From: Gemmatimonadales bacterium
GTDB lineage: Bacteria; Gemmatimonadota; Gemmatimonadetes; Gemmatimonadales; GWC2-71-9
NCBI GenBank assembly: GCA_033764615.1
Contig: JANRIU010000048.1
Span: forward strand, 68,058 to 132,057
Direction: 5' to 3'
DNA length: 64,000 nt
In this document: in pieces, positions 48,444-58,655 of the stretch
Layout of the letters: every line of letters starts with the position of its first letter
How positions within the stretch are numbered: position 1 is the first letter of the stretch
Notes under the pieces: generated by a model
Told to the model about the DNA's origin: nothing
Seen by the model: the letters and a program-made list of their open reading frames with translations, nothing else
The model's database searches: none
Made by a program: the position numbers and the translations under genes

Positions 48444-49802
48444 CTACCGGCCGAGCAGCCGCATGATGTCGTTGGAGAGCGCGACGAGCATCAGCGTCCC
48501 CACCGCGGCGAGGCCGACCAGCGTGAGCCGGTTGCGGAGCTCCACCGAGAGCGGCCGCCGGATCACCGCCTCGGCGAGCAGGAAGAGCAGGTGCCCGCCG
48601 TCCAGCACGGGGATCGGCAGCAGGTTGAGCACCGCGAGGTTCACCGAGATGAGCGCCATGAAGGCGAGGAAGTAGTCGAGTCCCACCCGGCTCGCCTGCC
48701 CCGCCATCTGCGCGATGGCGACGGGGCCGCCGAGCTCGCGGCGGGACACCTGCCCCCCGATGAGCCCGCGCACGGTGCGCACGATCTGCCCCGTCGCACG
48801 CCCGGTGGCGACCGTGCCCGCCCACACCGCCGCTCCCGTCGAGGGGAACGGCTCGCTCCGCACCGGCGTCGCCACCTGCACGCCGATCCGCCCGACGGTG
48901 CGCACGGAGTCGCCGCGCGTCACCCGCTCCTCCGCCGGCGTCACCGTCACGTCGCGGCGCCCGGTCCGGCTGCCGATCGTGAGCGCGAGCGGCTGGCCCG
49001 CGCTCCGCTCGACCCGCTCCACGAACGCGTACCACTCGCGCACCGGCTCGCCGGCGAGCGCCAGCACGGTGTCGCCCGGCATGAGGCCCGCGCGCTCCGC
49101 GGCCCGGCCCGGCGAGACCAGCTCGACGATCGGCGGCCGCGACGGCAGCAGCGCCTGCGCGGCACGCACCCGGTCGCCGATCGCGTCGACGTGCACCTCC
49201 ACGCGCACCGTGCGCCCATCGGACAGCGTGAGCGCCACGTAGTTGCCATCGGCGTCCACGATGCCGTCGAGGATCTCGTCCCACGCGTCGACCGGGCGGC
49301 CGTCCACGGCGGTGATGCGGTCGCCGGGCTGCAGCTGCGCGAGTCCCTCGGCGCCCTTCGGCAGGTCGGCCACGACGACGCGGCCGACGGTGGTCGTCGG
49401 GTCGACCTGGCGCCCCTTCACGAGCGCGAGGCCGACGTACACGGCCCACGCGAAGAGCAGGTTCATCGTGACGCCGGCGCTGATCACGATCACGCGCTTC
49501 CAGACCGGCTTCGCCTCGAACCACCGGTCCGGCGGCACGACGACGTCGGTGCCGCCGCCCTCGAGCTCGCCCTCGGCGCCCTCCTCCTGCGTCGCCATCT
49601 TCACGTAGCCGCCGAGCGGCAGCCAGCAGAGCGCGTACTCGGTCTCGCCGCGGCGGACGGAGAGGCCGGGGATCGGCTTCCCCATGCCGATGGCGAAGCG
49701 GTGCACGTAGATCCCCGCCCACTTCGCGGCGGCGAAGTGGCCGAGCTCGTGGACGAACACGAGCACGCCGAGGACGACGATGAACGCGAGCAGCGTGGTC
49801 AT
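48444..49802 (-). CDS. rseP: RIP metalloprotease RseP (M50)
   Basis: HELGHF, PDZ domain, NLLPIPVLDGG. Confidence 0.9.
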   Translation of the reverse strand: MTTLLAFIVVLGVLVFVHELGHFAAAKWAGIYVHRFAIGMGKPIPGLSVRRGETEYALCWLPLGGYVKMATQEEGAEGELEGGGTDVVVPPDRWFEAKPVWKRVIVISAGVTMNLLFAWAVYVGLALVKGRQVDPTTTVGRVVVADLPKGAEGLAQLQPGDRITAVDGRPVDAWDEILDGIVDADGNYVALTLSDGRTVRVEVHVDAIGDRVRAAQALLPSRPPIVELVSPGRAAERAGLMPGDTVLALAGEPVREWYAFVERVERSAGQPLALTIGSRTGRRDVTVTPAEERVTRGDSVRTVGRIGVQVATPVRSEPFPSTGAAVWAGTVATGRATGQIVRTVRGLIGGQVSRRELGGPVAIAQMAGQASRVGLDYFLAFMALISVNLAVLNLLPIPVLDGGHLLFLLAEAVIRRPLSVELRNRLTLVGLAAVGTLMLVALSNDIMRLLGR

Positions 49803-50950
49803 GCGGTGACTCCGGCGGTGCGGGCGACGGCCTCGGCGGCGGTGCGGCGGGCCCACTGGTCGGCGTCCTGCACCGTCGGGACGTCGGCGGCGGGGCCGGG
49901 CCGGTGGAGGTCGAGCGCGCGGGCGATGACGTCGGCGATGCCGCCGAAGCCGATGCGCCCCTCGAGGAACGCCGCGACCGCGACCTCGTTGGCGGCATTG
50001 AAGACGCACGGCGCCGTTCCCCCGGCGCGCCCGGCGTCGAGCCCGAGGGCGAACGCGCGGAAGACGTCGCGCCGCACGGGCTCGAAGGTGAGCGGGCTCG
50101 CCTGCACCGGGTCGAAGGCGGGGACGCCGTCGTCCGGGAGGCGGTCGGGATGGGTGAGCGCGTAGAGGATCGGCAGCTCCATCGTGGGGAAGCCGACCTG
50201 CGCGAGCACCGAGCGGTCGGCGAACTCGACGAGCGCGTGCACGATCGACTGCGGATGCACCACGGCGTCCAGCTGGTCGTACCCCAGGCCGAAGAGGAAG
50301 TGCGCCTCGATGAGCTCCAGCGCCTTGTTGGCGAGCGTGGCGCTGTCGATCGTGATCTTGGCGCCCATCGACCACGTCGGGTGCCGGAGCGCCTCCTGCA
50401 CGGTCGCCGCCTGCACGCGCTCGGCGGGCCAGGTGCGGAACGGGCCGCCCGACGCGGTGAGGACCAGCCGCCGCGCGGGCGCCGCGCGCCCGCCGAGGCA
50501 CTGGAGCACCGCGCTGTGCTCGGAGTCGACCGGCACGATCTCGCCGCCGCCCGCGCGCGCCGCCTCGAGCACCAGCGCGCCGCCGGTGACGAGGCTCTCC
50601 TTGTTGGCGAGCGCCACGCGCTTCCCCGCCCGGAGCGCGGCGAGCGTCGCCTGCAGGCCGGCCGCGCCGACCACCGCGTTGAGCACGACGCGCACGTCCG
50701 GGTGCGTCGCCGCCTCGACGAGCGCCTCCGGGCCGGCCGAGCCGATGCCTGGCGCGCAGGTGACGCCGCCGCCGTTCACCAGCCGCGCGAACGCCGGGCG
50801 GAACTCCCCCACCTGCGCCGCGAACAGCTCCGCCTGCTTGCCGCCGGTCATCGCGACGAGGCGGAACCGGTCGCGGTGGCGCCGCAGCACCTGCAGCGTG
50901 CTCTGGCCGATGGAGCCGGTGGAGCCGAGGAGGGCGATGCCGGTGGTCAT
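49799..50950 (-). CDS. dxr: 1-deoxy-D-xylulose-5-phosphate reductoisomerase
   Basis: LGSTGSIG, ANKESLV, PVDSEHSA, HP.WSMG.KITIDSAT..NK.LE.IEA. Confidence 0.95.
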   Translation of the reverse strand: MTTGIALLGSTGSIGQSTLQVLRRHRDRFRLVAMTGGKQAELFAAQVGEFRPAFARLVNGGGVTCAPGIGSAGPEALVEAATHPDVRVVLNAVVGAAGLQATLAALRAGKRVALANKESLVTGGALVLEAARAGGGEIVPVDSEHSAVLQCLGGRAAPARRLVLTASGGPFRTWPAERVQAATVQEALRHPTWSMGAKITIDSATLANKALELIEAHFLFGLGYDQLDAVVHPQSIVHALVEFADRSVLAQVGFPTMELPILYALTHPDRLPDDGVPAFDPVQASPLTFEPVRRDVFRAFALGLDAGRAGGTAPCVFNAANEVAVAAFLEGRIGFGGIADVIARALDLHRPGPAADVPTVQDADQWARRTAAEAVARTAGVTA

Positions 50951-51807
50951 GCGGACGGGAGCACGAAGCGGTAGAACGCCGCGGCGACGGGGAGCGCGAA
51001 GTAGAGCGCATCGAACCGGTCGAGCACGCCGCCGTGCCCCGGGATGAGCGCGCTCGAGTCCTTCACGCCGACCTCGCGCTTGAACAGCGACTCGGCCAGG
51101 TCGCCCACCTGGGCGACGACACCGAGGGCCAGCGCGAGCGCGAGGCCGCGGCCGAGCGGCCAGCCGACGCCGGTGCGCTCGAGCGGGATGTTCACGAGCG
51201 GCACCACGGCGAGGCAGGCGATGATCTCGCTGATGGCGCCGGCCCACGTCTTCCCCGGGCTCACGACCGGCGCGAGCTTCGGCCCGCCGATCAGCTTGCC
51301 GCCGAGCATCGCCGCCGTGTCGCCGACCCAGACGATCACCATCGGCGCGAAGACGAGCCACGTGCCGGCCCAGTCGCGCGTCCCGTGGCCGGCATGGCGG
51401 ATGGTGAGGAGGAACGCCGGGAGGCCGGCCGCGTACAGCACGCCGAACGCGGTGATCGCGGCCGCGGCGAGTGGCCGGTCGTTCGGCGGGCGGCGGAGCA
51501 GCGCCGTGACGAGGATGAGCAGCATCCACGCCGCGCCGAGGTACCAGCCCGTCTCGCCGAGGCCGGGGCGCTGGTCGTGCGCGGCGTAGACGAGGAGCGG
51601 GATGGCGGCGGCGCTGATGTAGCCGGTGCGGAGCAGCGGGTACACCTGCTGGCGCACGGCGAAGGCGTACAGCTCCTTCACGCCGAGCACGCCCCCCGCG
51701 GCGACGAGCAGCGCCAGCGGCCAGCCGCCCAGCCAGACGATGCCCAGCGCGAGGGGGATCGCCACCGCGGCGAACGCGATGCGCCGCGTCAGCTCCCCGG
51801 GCTTCAT
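50947..51807 (-). CDS. cdsA: phosphatidate cytidylyltransferase
   Basis: Polytopic protein. C-terminal S..KR..GVKD.S..IPGHGG.LDR.D signature. Confidence 0.88.
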   Translation of the reverse strand: MKPGELTRRIAFAAVAIPLALGIVWLGGWPLALLVAAGGVLGVKELYAFAVRQQVYPLLRTGYISAAAIPLLVYAAHDQRPGLGETGWYLGAAWMLLILVTALLRRPPNDRPLAAAAITAFGVLYAAGLPAFLLTIRHAGHGTRDWAGTWLVFAPMVIVWVGDTAAMLGGKLIGGPKLAPVVSPGKTWAGAISEIIACLAVVPLVNIPLERTGVGWPLGRGLALALALGVVAQVGDLAESLFKREVGVKDSSALIPGHGGVLDRFDALYFALPVAAAFYRFVLPSA

Positions 51808-51808
51808 C

Positions 51809-52549
51809 TCAGGCCGTGACGCGCCCGAAGCGCCGGTCGCGCCCCTGGAAGTCGAGGATCGCCTCGAAGAGGTGCCCGCGCGTGAAGTCGGGCCAGAGCA
51901 CCGGCGTCACGTAGAACTCGGCGTACGCCAGCTGCCAGAGCAGGAAGTTGGAGAGCCGCTGCTCGCCCGAGGTGCGGATGAGCAGGTCGGGGTCGGGCCA
52001 GGCCGCGGTGTAGAGGTGCTGCTGGATGGCGGCTTCGTCGATGTCGGCGGGGTCGAGGTCGCCCTGCTTGACGCGCTCGGCGAGGCGGCGCGCGGCGCGC
52101 GCGATCTCGGCGCGCGAGCCGTAGGAGATGCAGATGTTCAGGGCGAGCGCGGTGCCGTCGGCGGTCTCGCGGACGATGCGGTCGACCGCCTTCCGCGCGC
52201 TCGGCGCGAGGCGGCCGAGGTCGCCGAGGACGTGCACGGCGACGCGCTTCTCGCGGAGGTTGGCGATCTCCTTCGCGATGTACTCCTCGAGGAGCGCCAT
52301 GAGCGCGCCGATCTCCTCGGCGGGGCGCTGCCAGTTCTCCTGGGAGAACGCGAAGAGCGTGAGCACCTCGAGGCCGGCGTCGAGCGCGCCCTCGACGGCG
52401 GCGCGGACGGCCTGCATCCCGGCGTGGTGCCCGAGCGGCCGCGGGAGGGCGCGCTCGCGCGCCCAGCGACCGTTGCCATCCATGATGATGGCGACGTGCT
52501 GCGGCGGCGCGCCGCCGGCGCGGATGCGGGCGAGGAGTTCGTCGGGCAC
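51809..52549 (-). CDS. uppS: isoprenyl transferase (undecaprenyl diphosphate synthase)
   Basis: HVAIIMDGNGRWA, FAFS.ENW.RP, RTSGE.R.SNFLLWQ.AY.E. Confidence 0.92.
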   Translation of the reverse strand: MPDELLARIRAGGAPPQHVAIIMDGNGRWARERALPRPLGHHAGMQAVRAAVEGALDAGLEVLTLFAFSQENWQRPAEEIGALMALLEEYIAKEIANLREKRVAVHVLGDLGRLAPSARKAVDRIVRETADGTALALNICISYGSRAEIARAARRLAERVKQGDLDPADIDEAAIQQHLYTAAWPDPDLLIRTSGEQRLSNFLLWQLAYAEFYVTPVLWPDFTRGHLFEAILDFQGRDRRFGRVTA

Positions 52550-52556
52550 CGCCCGC

Positions 52557-53111
52557 TCAGACCTCCATCAGCTCGGCTTCCTTGCCGTGCACGAGCGTCT
52601 CGATCGCCTTGATGAACTCGTCGTGGTGCTTCTGGATCTCCTTGTCCGACCGCTTCTGGTCGTCCTCGGAGACGCCGGTCGTCTTCTTCACCTTGCCGAT
52701 CGCGTCGGTGCGGGCGTGGCGGACGGCGATGCGGCCCTCCTCCGCGAGCTTGTGCACCACCTTCACCAGCTCGCGGCGGCGCTCCTCGGAGAGCGGCGGC
52801 AGCGGCACGCGGATGAGCGTCCCCGCCGACTGCGGGTTGAGCCCGATGTCGGACTCGCGCAGCGCCTTCTCGATCGCCTGCATCATCCCCTTGTCGTACG
52901 CCTGCACGGTGAGGAGCCGCGGCTCGGGCGCGCTCACCATCGCCACCTGGTTCAGCGGCACGTGCGAGCCGTACGCCTCCACGCGGATCGTGTCGAGCAG
53001 CTGCGGCGACGCCTTGCCGCTGCGGATGCCCGACAGCTCCCGCTTCGTGTTGTCCACGGCCTTCGACATGCCCTCGCGGGCGTGCTTGACGATCTCGGCG
53101 AGCGTGCTCAT
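52557..53111 (-). CDS. frr: ribosome recycling factor
   Basis: 184 aa, RTGKA-like ([13 protein letters not shown]), PLPPL.EERR. Confidence 0.95.
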   Translation of the reverse strand: MSTLAEIVKHAREGMSKAVDNTKRELSGIRSGKASPQLLDTIRVEAYGSHVPLNQVAMVSAPEPRLLTVQAYDKGMMQAIEKALRESDIGLNPQSAGTLIRVPLPPLSEERRRELVKVVHKLAEEGRIAVRHARTDAIGKVKKTTGVSEDDQKRSDKEIQKHHDEFIKAIETLVHGKEAELMEV

Positions 53112-53818
53112 GAGACGAGGGTCCCCACCCGCTCCCCGTGCAGCACGCGCTGGAGGGCGCCGGGCGTGTTGACGTTGAACACCACGATCGGGAGGCGGTT
53201 GGCCTGGCAGAGGCCGAACGCGTTCGCGTCCATGACCTCGTACCCCTTCACGATCGCATCCTGGTAGGTCAGCTGCGGCAGGAACTGCGCCGACGGGTCC
53301 TTGCGCGGGTCCGCCGTGTAGATGCCGTCCACCGACGTCGCCTTGAGGATCACCTGCGCCTCCATCTCGAGGGCGCGGAGGACGCCGGCGGTGTCGGTGG
53401 AGAAGAACGGGTTGCCGGTGCCGGCGGCGAAGATCACGAGCCGGCCCTTCTCGAGGTGCCGGATGGCGCGGCGGCGGATGTACGGCTCCGCCACCGACTC
53501 CATCCGGATCGCGGTCATGACCCGCGTCTGCACGCCGAGCTTCTCGAGCACGTCCTGCAGCGCGAGCGCGTTGATCACGGTCGCGAGCATCCCCATGTGG
53601 TCGGCGGCCACGCGGTCGAGCCCCTCGCGGCTCGCCCGGGCGCCGCGGACGATGTTGCCACCGCCCACGACGAGCCCGAGCGACACGCCGAGGGCGTGCA
53701 CCTGCTTGATCTGCTCGGCGAACGCCTCGACGACGTGGAAGTCGAGGCCGATCCCCTTCTCGCCGGCGAGCGCCTCGCCGGACAGCTTGAGCAGCGCCCG
53801 GGCGTAGGCGACCGGCAT
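53108..53818 (-). CDS. pyrH: UMP kinase
   Basis: [35 protein letters not shown]. Confidence 0.95.
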   Translation of the reverse strand: MPVAYARALLKLSGEALAGEKGIGLDFHVVEAFAEQIKQVHALGVSLGLVVGGGNIVRGARASREGLDRVAADHMGMLATVINALALQDVLEKLGVQTRVMTAIRMESVAEPYIRRRAIRHLEKGRLVIFAAGTGNPFFSTDTAGVLRALEMEAQVILKATSVDGIYTADPRKDPSAQFLPQLTYQDAIVKGYEVMDANAFGLCQANRLPIVVFNVNTPGALQRVLHGERVGTLVS

Positions 53819-54684
53819 CAGCCCTCGCCGACCTTGAAGCGGGCGAAGCGGACGACCGAGGCGCCCTTGAGCGCCGCGACGAGCTGGCCGACGGTCTTGG
53901 ACTCGTCCTTGACGAACGGCTGCTCGAGGAGCGCGCGCTCGGCGGCGAACTTCCTCACCTTGCCGTCGACGATCTTCGCCCGGATGTTCTCGGGCTTCCC
54001 CTCCGCGGCGACCTGCTCCTCGGCGATGCGGCGCTCGCGCTCGAGCAGCTCGGCCGGGATGTCGGCGGTGGTGACGCCGATCGGGTCGGCGGAGGCGATG
54101 TGGAGCGCGACCTCGTTGCCGAGGGCGACCGCGTCGGCGCCGCTCGCGCCCGCGACCTCCACGATCACGCCGACCTGCCGGTTGAAGTGCAGGTACGCGC
54201 CGACCGCGCCGCCCGCCGGCGCGAAGTGCGCCGCGCGGCGGATGGAGACGGCCTCGCCGGTCTTGGCGGAGAGCTGCTGGACCGCCTCGCCGATGGTGCT
54301 CCCCTCGAACGCAACGCCGAGGACGTCGGCGTCGGAGGCGCTCGCCCAGTGGCCCGGGGCGAGGGCGGCGCGGACGCGGGCGACGAGCTTCGTGCCCATG
54401 GCGCCGAAGTCGTCGGTGCGGGCGACGAAGTCGGTCTCGCAGTCGAGCTCGAGGAGCGCGGCGGCGGAGCCGTCGGCCGCGGCGTCCAGGAGGACGAGGC
54501 CCTGCGAGGCGGTGCGCCCGGCGCGCTTCTCGGCCTTGGCGATCCCCTTCTTGCGGAGGAGCTCGCCGGCCTTCTCCATGTCGCCGCCGGCCTCCTCGAG
54601 CGCCTTCTTGCAGTCGCCGATGCCGGCGCCCGTGCGGGCGCGGAGCTCGCTGATGTCCTTCGTGCTGACCGTCATGCTCGTCAC
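53818..54684 (-). CDS. tsf: translation elongation factor Ts
   Basis: [24 protein letters not shown]...LR.KG. Confidence 0.95.
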   Translation of the reverse strand: MTSMTVSTKDISELRARTGAGIGDCKKALEEAGGDMEKAGELLRKKGIAKAEKRAGRTASQGLVLLDAAADGSAAALLELDCETDFVARTDDFGAMGTKLVARVRAALAPGHWASASDADVLGVAFEGSTIGEAVQQLSAKTGEAVSIRRAAHFAPAGGAVGAYLHFNRQVGVIVEVAGASGADAVALGNEVALHIASADPIGVTTADIPAELLERERRIAEEQVAAEGKPENIRAKIVDGKVRKFAAERALLEQPFVKDESKTVGQLVAALKGASVVRFARFKVGEG

Positions 54685-54777
54685 GTCACTTCCACCTGCT
54701 GGGGTTCATGGAAAACCGCCGCCCGGGGACCGGCAGGGCCCGGGGCGGCGGCGGCTCGCATCACGCGACGGGCGACC

Positions 54778-55644
54778 TTACTCGGCGTCGCCCGCCGGTG
54801 CCACCGGGGTGCCGTCCTTCAGCCGGGCGGCGATCGCCTCCGGCTTCGGCCGCCGCTTGCGGCGGGGCCGGCGGCGGCGACGGTCGTCGCCCTCGCCCTC
54901 GCCCCCCTGCTCGCTGCTGTACGTCGTCTCCTCGACCTCCTCGTCGCCCGAGCGGACGGGCGACTGGGCCCGCGCCTCGGCGATGACGTCGGCGAGGGCG
55001 CCGCTGATGAGCGAGACCGCGCGGATCGCGTCGTCGTTGCCGGGGATCGGCACCGTGATCACGTCCGGGTCGGCGTTCGTGTCGACGATCGCGACGACCG
55101 GGATGCCGAGCTTGTTGGCCTCCTGGACCGCGATCTTCTCCTTCTTCGCGTCGACCACGAAGAGCGCGCCGGGCAGGCGGCTCATCGACTTGATGCCCTC
55201 GAGGTTGCGCATGAGCTTCTCGCGCTCGCGCTCGAGGAGCAGGCGCTCCTTCTTCGTGTAGCTCTCGAAGTCGCCGTCGGCCGCGCCCTGCTCCAGCTCG
55301 CGCAGGCGGCGCAGCTGCTTCTTGATCGTCTGGAAGTTGGTGAGCATGCCGCCCAGCCAGCGCTCCGTGACCGAGAAGGCGTTGCAGCGCTGCGCCTCGG
55401 CGGCGACGATCCCCTTCAGCTGCTTCTTGGTGCAGACGAACAGCACGCCCTCGCCGCGCATCACGATCCCGCGGAGCAGCTCCTGCGCCTTGCCGATCTG
55501 GGCGAGCGTCTTCTGCAGGTCGATGATGTAGATGCCCGAGCGCTCGGCGAAGATGAACCGGCGCATCTTGGGGTTCCAGCGGCGGGTCTGGTGCCCGAAG
55601 TGCACGCCCGCGTCGAGGAGTTCCTGCAGCTGCGGAGTGGCCAT
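54778..55644 (-). CDS. rpsB: 30S ribosomal protein S2 (with basic/acidic C-terminal extension)
   Basis: LL.AGVHFGHQTRRWNPKM..FIF..R.GI.IIDL.KT. Confidence 0.95.
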   Translation of the reverse strand: MATPQLQELLDAGVHFGHQTRRWNPKMRRFIFAERSGIYIIDLQKTLAQIGKAQELLRGIVMRGEGVLFVCTKKQLKGIVAAEAQRCNAFSVTERWLGGMLTNFQTIKKQLRRLRELEQGAADGDFESYTKKERLLLEREREKLMRNLEGIKSMSRLPGALFVVDAKKEKIAVQEANKLGIPVVAIVDTNADPDVITVPIPGNDDAIRAVSLISGALADVIAEARAQSPVRSGDEEVEETTYSSEQGGEGEGDDRRRRRPRRKRRPKPEAIAARLKDGTPVAPAGDAE

Positions 55645-55764
55645 GCGGTGATGCGTTCCCTCTGGAAGAGTGTGGGTTGGGCCTCCGCCACCTTCACCTG
55701 CCGCTCCGACCCCCGCAGGGGACCCCGGAGCGGCATCCGGCGGCGTGTGGATTGCCTCGAGCGC

Positions 55765-56163
55765 CTAGCGCTTCGAGAACTGGAACCGCTTGCGGGCGCC
55801 CGCGCGGCCCGGCTTCTTGCGCTCGACCATGCGGGGGTCGCGCGTCAGGAGGCCGTGCTGGCGGAGCTTCCCGCGGTGCTGCTCGTCGGCGGTGACGAGC
55901 GCGCGGGCGATCGCGAGGCGCAGCGCGCCCGCCTGGCCCGTCATCCCCCCGCCGTCGACGTGCGCCTTGACGTCGAACGCGCCGAGGGTGTCCGTCGCCG
56001 TGAACGACTGCTGGATGTGCTGCACCAGCGAAGGACGCGGGAAGTAGTCGCCAAGCGTGCGGCCGTTCACGTCCCACTTGCCCGTGCCGGGCACGAGGTA
56101 GACCCGCGCCGTGCTCGTCTTGCGGCGGCCGGTCGCCTGCCAGCGGAACTCCGGTGCGCTCAT
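55765..56163 (-). CDS. rpsI: 30S ribosomal protein S9
   Basis: GRRK...ARV....G.G...VNG; GGG..GQA.A.R..IARAL; ...KKPG...ARK..QFSKR. Confidence 0.95.
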   Translation of the reverse strand: MSAPEFRWQATGRRKTSTARVYLVPGTGKWDVNGRTLGDYFPRPSLVQHIQQSFTATDTLGAFDVKAHVDGGGMTGQAGALRLAIARALVTADEQHRGKLRQHGLLTRDPRMVERKKPGRAGARKRFQFSKR

Positions 56164-56606
56164 CAGACCTTCTCCCCGATCGGGTACGCCTTCGGCTGCT
56201 GCGCCGCGTGCGGGTGCTCCGCCCCGCCGTACACCTTCAGCTTCGTGCGCAGCTTCTGCTTCGCCAGCGAGTTCTTCGGCAGCATGCCGAAGACCGCCTT
56301 CTCGATCACGCGGTCGGGATACTTCGCCAGCAGCTCCTTCACGGGCGTGTACTTCTCGTGGCCCATGTAGCCGGTGTGGCGGAAGTACTCCTTCTGGTCC
56401 ATCTTGGCGCCCGTCAGCCGCACCTTCGACGCATTGATCACGATGACGAAGTCACCCGTGTCCATGTGCGGGGTGAAGCTGGGCTTGTGCTTGCCCCGGA
56501 TGAGCTGCGCGACGACGGACGCGAGGCGCCCGAGGGACACGCCCTCGGCGTCCACGACGTGCCAGTCGTGCTGCAGGTCGGAGTGGGTGGCGGAGAAGGT
56601 CTGCAT
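56163..56606 (-). CDS. rplM: 50S ribosomal protein L13
   Basis: W.VVDAEG..LGRLAS.VA..IRGKHKP.FTPH.D.GD.VIVINA. Start at MQTF inside track ORF 56163..56633. Confidence 0.9.
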   Translation of the reverse strand: MQTFSATHSDLQHDWHVVDAEGVSLGRLASVVAQLIRGKHKPSFTPHMDTGDFVIVINASKVRLTGAKMDQKEYFRHTGYMGHEKYTPVKELLAKYPDRVIEKAVFGMLPKNSLAKQKLRTKLKVYGGAEHPHAAQQPKAYPIGEKV

Positions 56607-56806
56607 CTCAGTTCCGGCTGTGGTCCTGCGCAAAGACGCGTAAATCGAGACAGACCCGCAGGATAGCCTGCTGTCACGTCCCGGTCAAGCTGGACGGGGG
56701 GTGCTGGAGGGGGCCCCCACCCCCCCGTTACGCATTCGCCGCCGGCCCCCCGGGCCGGCCTGCCGCGGCCGCCAGCCGGCCGCCCCGTCCGCCCCCGAGG
56801 AGCGTC

Positions 56807-57694
56807 ATGACCACCCCCAGCCCCGCCGATGCCGCCGCCCTCGTGACCGTCGCCGTCATGGCCGCCCTCGCCGACGGCCGCCTGGATGACGCCGAGCGGC
56901 GCGAGGTGCTCGCCGCCGCCGACCGACTCGGCGTCCCCGACGCCGACGGGCTCCTCCGCCGCGCGGCCGCCGGCCAGCTCCGGGTGAGCGACGTGCCGAA
57001 GATCGCCGACCCGGCCGCGCGCCAGCTCGCCCTCGAGATGGCCGAGGCGATCGTGCGGGCCGACGGCGACGTGTCGCCCGCGGAGCAGGCGTTCCTCGAC
57101 GAGCTCCGCGCCGAGCTGCTCGGCGCCGGCGCGCCGCCGGGCCCGCGCGCCTCGGCGACGCTGGAGGGGGAGGGCGCGGTGCTCGAGGTGCCGGCGCTGG
57201 ACGCGTTCATCCTCGACCAGGCGCTGCTCTGCGCCGCGGTGGAGCTCCTGCCCGACCGCCTCGCCAACACGGCGATCCTGCCGCTGCAGCTCAGGCTCGT
57301 CTACCGCATCGGCCGCGCGCATGGCCAGTCGATGTCGCTCGCGCAGGCGAAGGACCTCGCGGCGACGCTGGGCCTCGGCGCCGTGGCGCAGGTGCTCGAG
57401 TCGAGCGTGCGGAAGGTGCTCGGAGGCTTCGCCGGCGGGCTCCTCGGCGACCTGCTCGGCGGGGCGACGGGCGTCGCCGCCGGCGCGACGGTGACCTTCA
57501 CCGCGACCTACGCCCTCGGCCACGCGGCCGACCGGTACTACGCGCAGGGGCGGCAGCTCGCCGTGGCCGACCTCAAGGCGCTGTACGCGCAGTTCCGCGG
57601 CGAGGCCGACGGGATGTGGCCGCGGGTGGAGGGGCGGGTGCGGGAGGTGGCCTCGGGGACCAGCCTCTCGCGGGTGCTCGCCTCGCTCGGCTGA
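56807..57694 (+). CDS. TerB-like domain protein with Gly-rich hydrophobic C-terminal half
   Basis: Repeated ADG..D..E pattern (AALADGRLDDAERREVL; VRADGDVSPAEQAFLDEL) typical of the TerB/DjlA-N fold. The C-terminal half resembles DUF697/YcjF-type regions; that assignment is from recollection. Confidence 0.5.
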   Translation: MTTPSPADAAALVTVAVMAALADGRLDDAERREVLAAADRLGVPDADGLLRRAAAGQLRVSDVPKIADPAARQLALEMAEAIVRADGDVSPAEQAFLDELRAELLGAGAPPGPRASATLEGEGAVLEVPALDAFILDQALLCAAVELLPDRLANTAILPLQLRLVYRIGRAHGQSMSLAQAKDLAATLGLGAVAQVLESSVRKVLGGFAGGLLGDLLGGATGVAAGATVTFTATYALGHAADRYYAQGRQLAVADLKALYAQFRGEADGMWPRVEGRVREVASGTSLSRVLASLG

Positions 57695-57859
57695 CACACG
57701 CCGCCCGGCCCTGCCATTTCCGCGCGGCCGGTGTAGCATCCCGCCGCGCGTCGCCGGCATCTCCCACTCCGGGGCCGCGCTCGCGCCACGTCCGCCCCCC
57801 GCCGACGCCTCATCGCGGGGGGTTTGCCGTGCGACCGCGAACCCCCCGACGCCCGCATC

Positions 57860-58621
57860 ATGGCTCCGTCGCTTTCTCGTCGTCCCGTCGTCCTCCTGCT
57901 GGTGCTCGCCGGGCTCGCGCTCGCGCCGGCGGCGCTGCGCGCGCAGCAGACGATCATCAACGTCCCCTCCGTCGACCAGACGAAGAAGGGGCACGTCTTC
58001 TTCCTGCACGAGACGCAGGCCCGCTCGTGGGGGGGCCAGAGCTTCTGGCAGACGACGCACTTCCTCACCTACGGCGTCACCGACCGCTTCGAGATCGCGA
58101 CGACGCTCTACAACTTCGGCACGCCGCTCAAGCAGCAGGTGGCGCTCGGCATCGGCTGGAAGACGGCGCAGCCGCTCGACTTCCTCGGCGCCGGGGCCAA
58201 GCGGTGGGAGGCGACGTTCGGCGCGGGGCAGATGGTGCCGATCTCGCTGCGCGGCGACGGCGTGGGGCTGTGGAGCTACGCGCAGGTGGCGGCGCGGATC
58301 CCGGGCATCGACCTGCGGGTGATGGGCGGCATCAGCAACGGCCCGCGGAACCTGTTCGGCTTCAACACGACGCACTTCATCGGCTCATACGAGCTGCCGC
58401 TCGAGAAGCTCGGCCACGCCATCGGCGGCGGCTTCGGCGACTTCGTCGGCCACATGGCGCTGCTCGGCGAGTGGTGGAGCGGCCAGCACGAGTTCGCGGA
58501 CTTCGTGCCCGGCGTGAACTGGCACAGCGGCCCGCTGGTGGTGATCCTCGGCTACAAGTTCGGGAACCAGCCGGGGACGGCGAGCGACGGGGTGATCTTC
58601 GAGGTCGGGACGACGTTCTGA
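57860..58621 (+). CDS. putative outer-membrane beta-barrel protein
   Basis: Signal peptide (MAPSLSRRPVVLLLVLAGLALAPAALRAQ), alternating amphipathic strands, terminal ..FEVGTTF. Confidence 0.55.
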   Translation: MAPSLSRRPVVLLLVLAGLALAPAALRAQQTIINVPSVDQTKKGHVFFLHETQARSWGGQSFWQTTHFLTYGVTDRFEIATTLYNFGTPLKQQVALGIGWKTAQPLDFLGAGAKRWEATFGAGQMVPISLRGDGVGLWSYAQVAARIPGIDLRVMGGISNGPRNLFGFNTTHFIGSYELPLEKLGHAIGGGFGDFVGHMALLGEWWSGQHEFADFVPGVNWHSGPLVVILGYKFGNQPGTASDGVIFEVGTTF

Positions 58622-58655
58622 GGTGAGGGCCAGGGGGCAGGCGGGCCGGGTAGGG

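Noticed and set aside
56438-58375. 645-aa minus-strand ORF
   Set aside because: It is antisense to the TerB-like and outer-membrane protein genes. Its composition is Arg/Glu/Pro-rich and repetitive.
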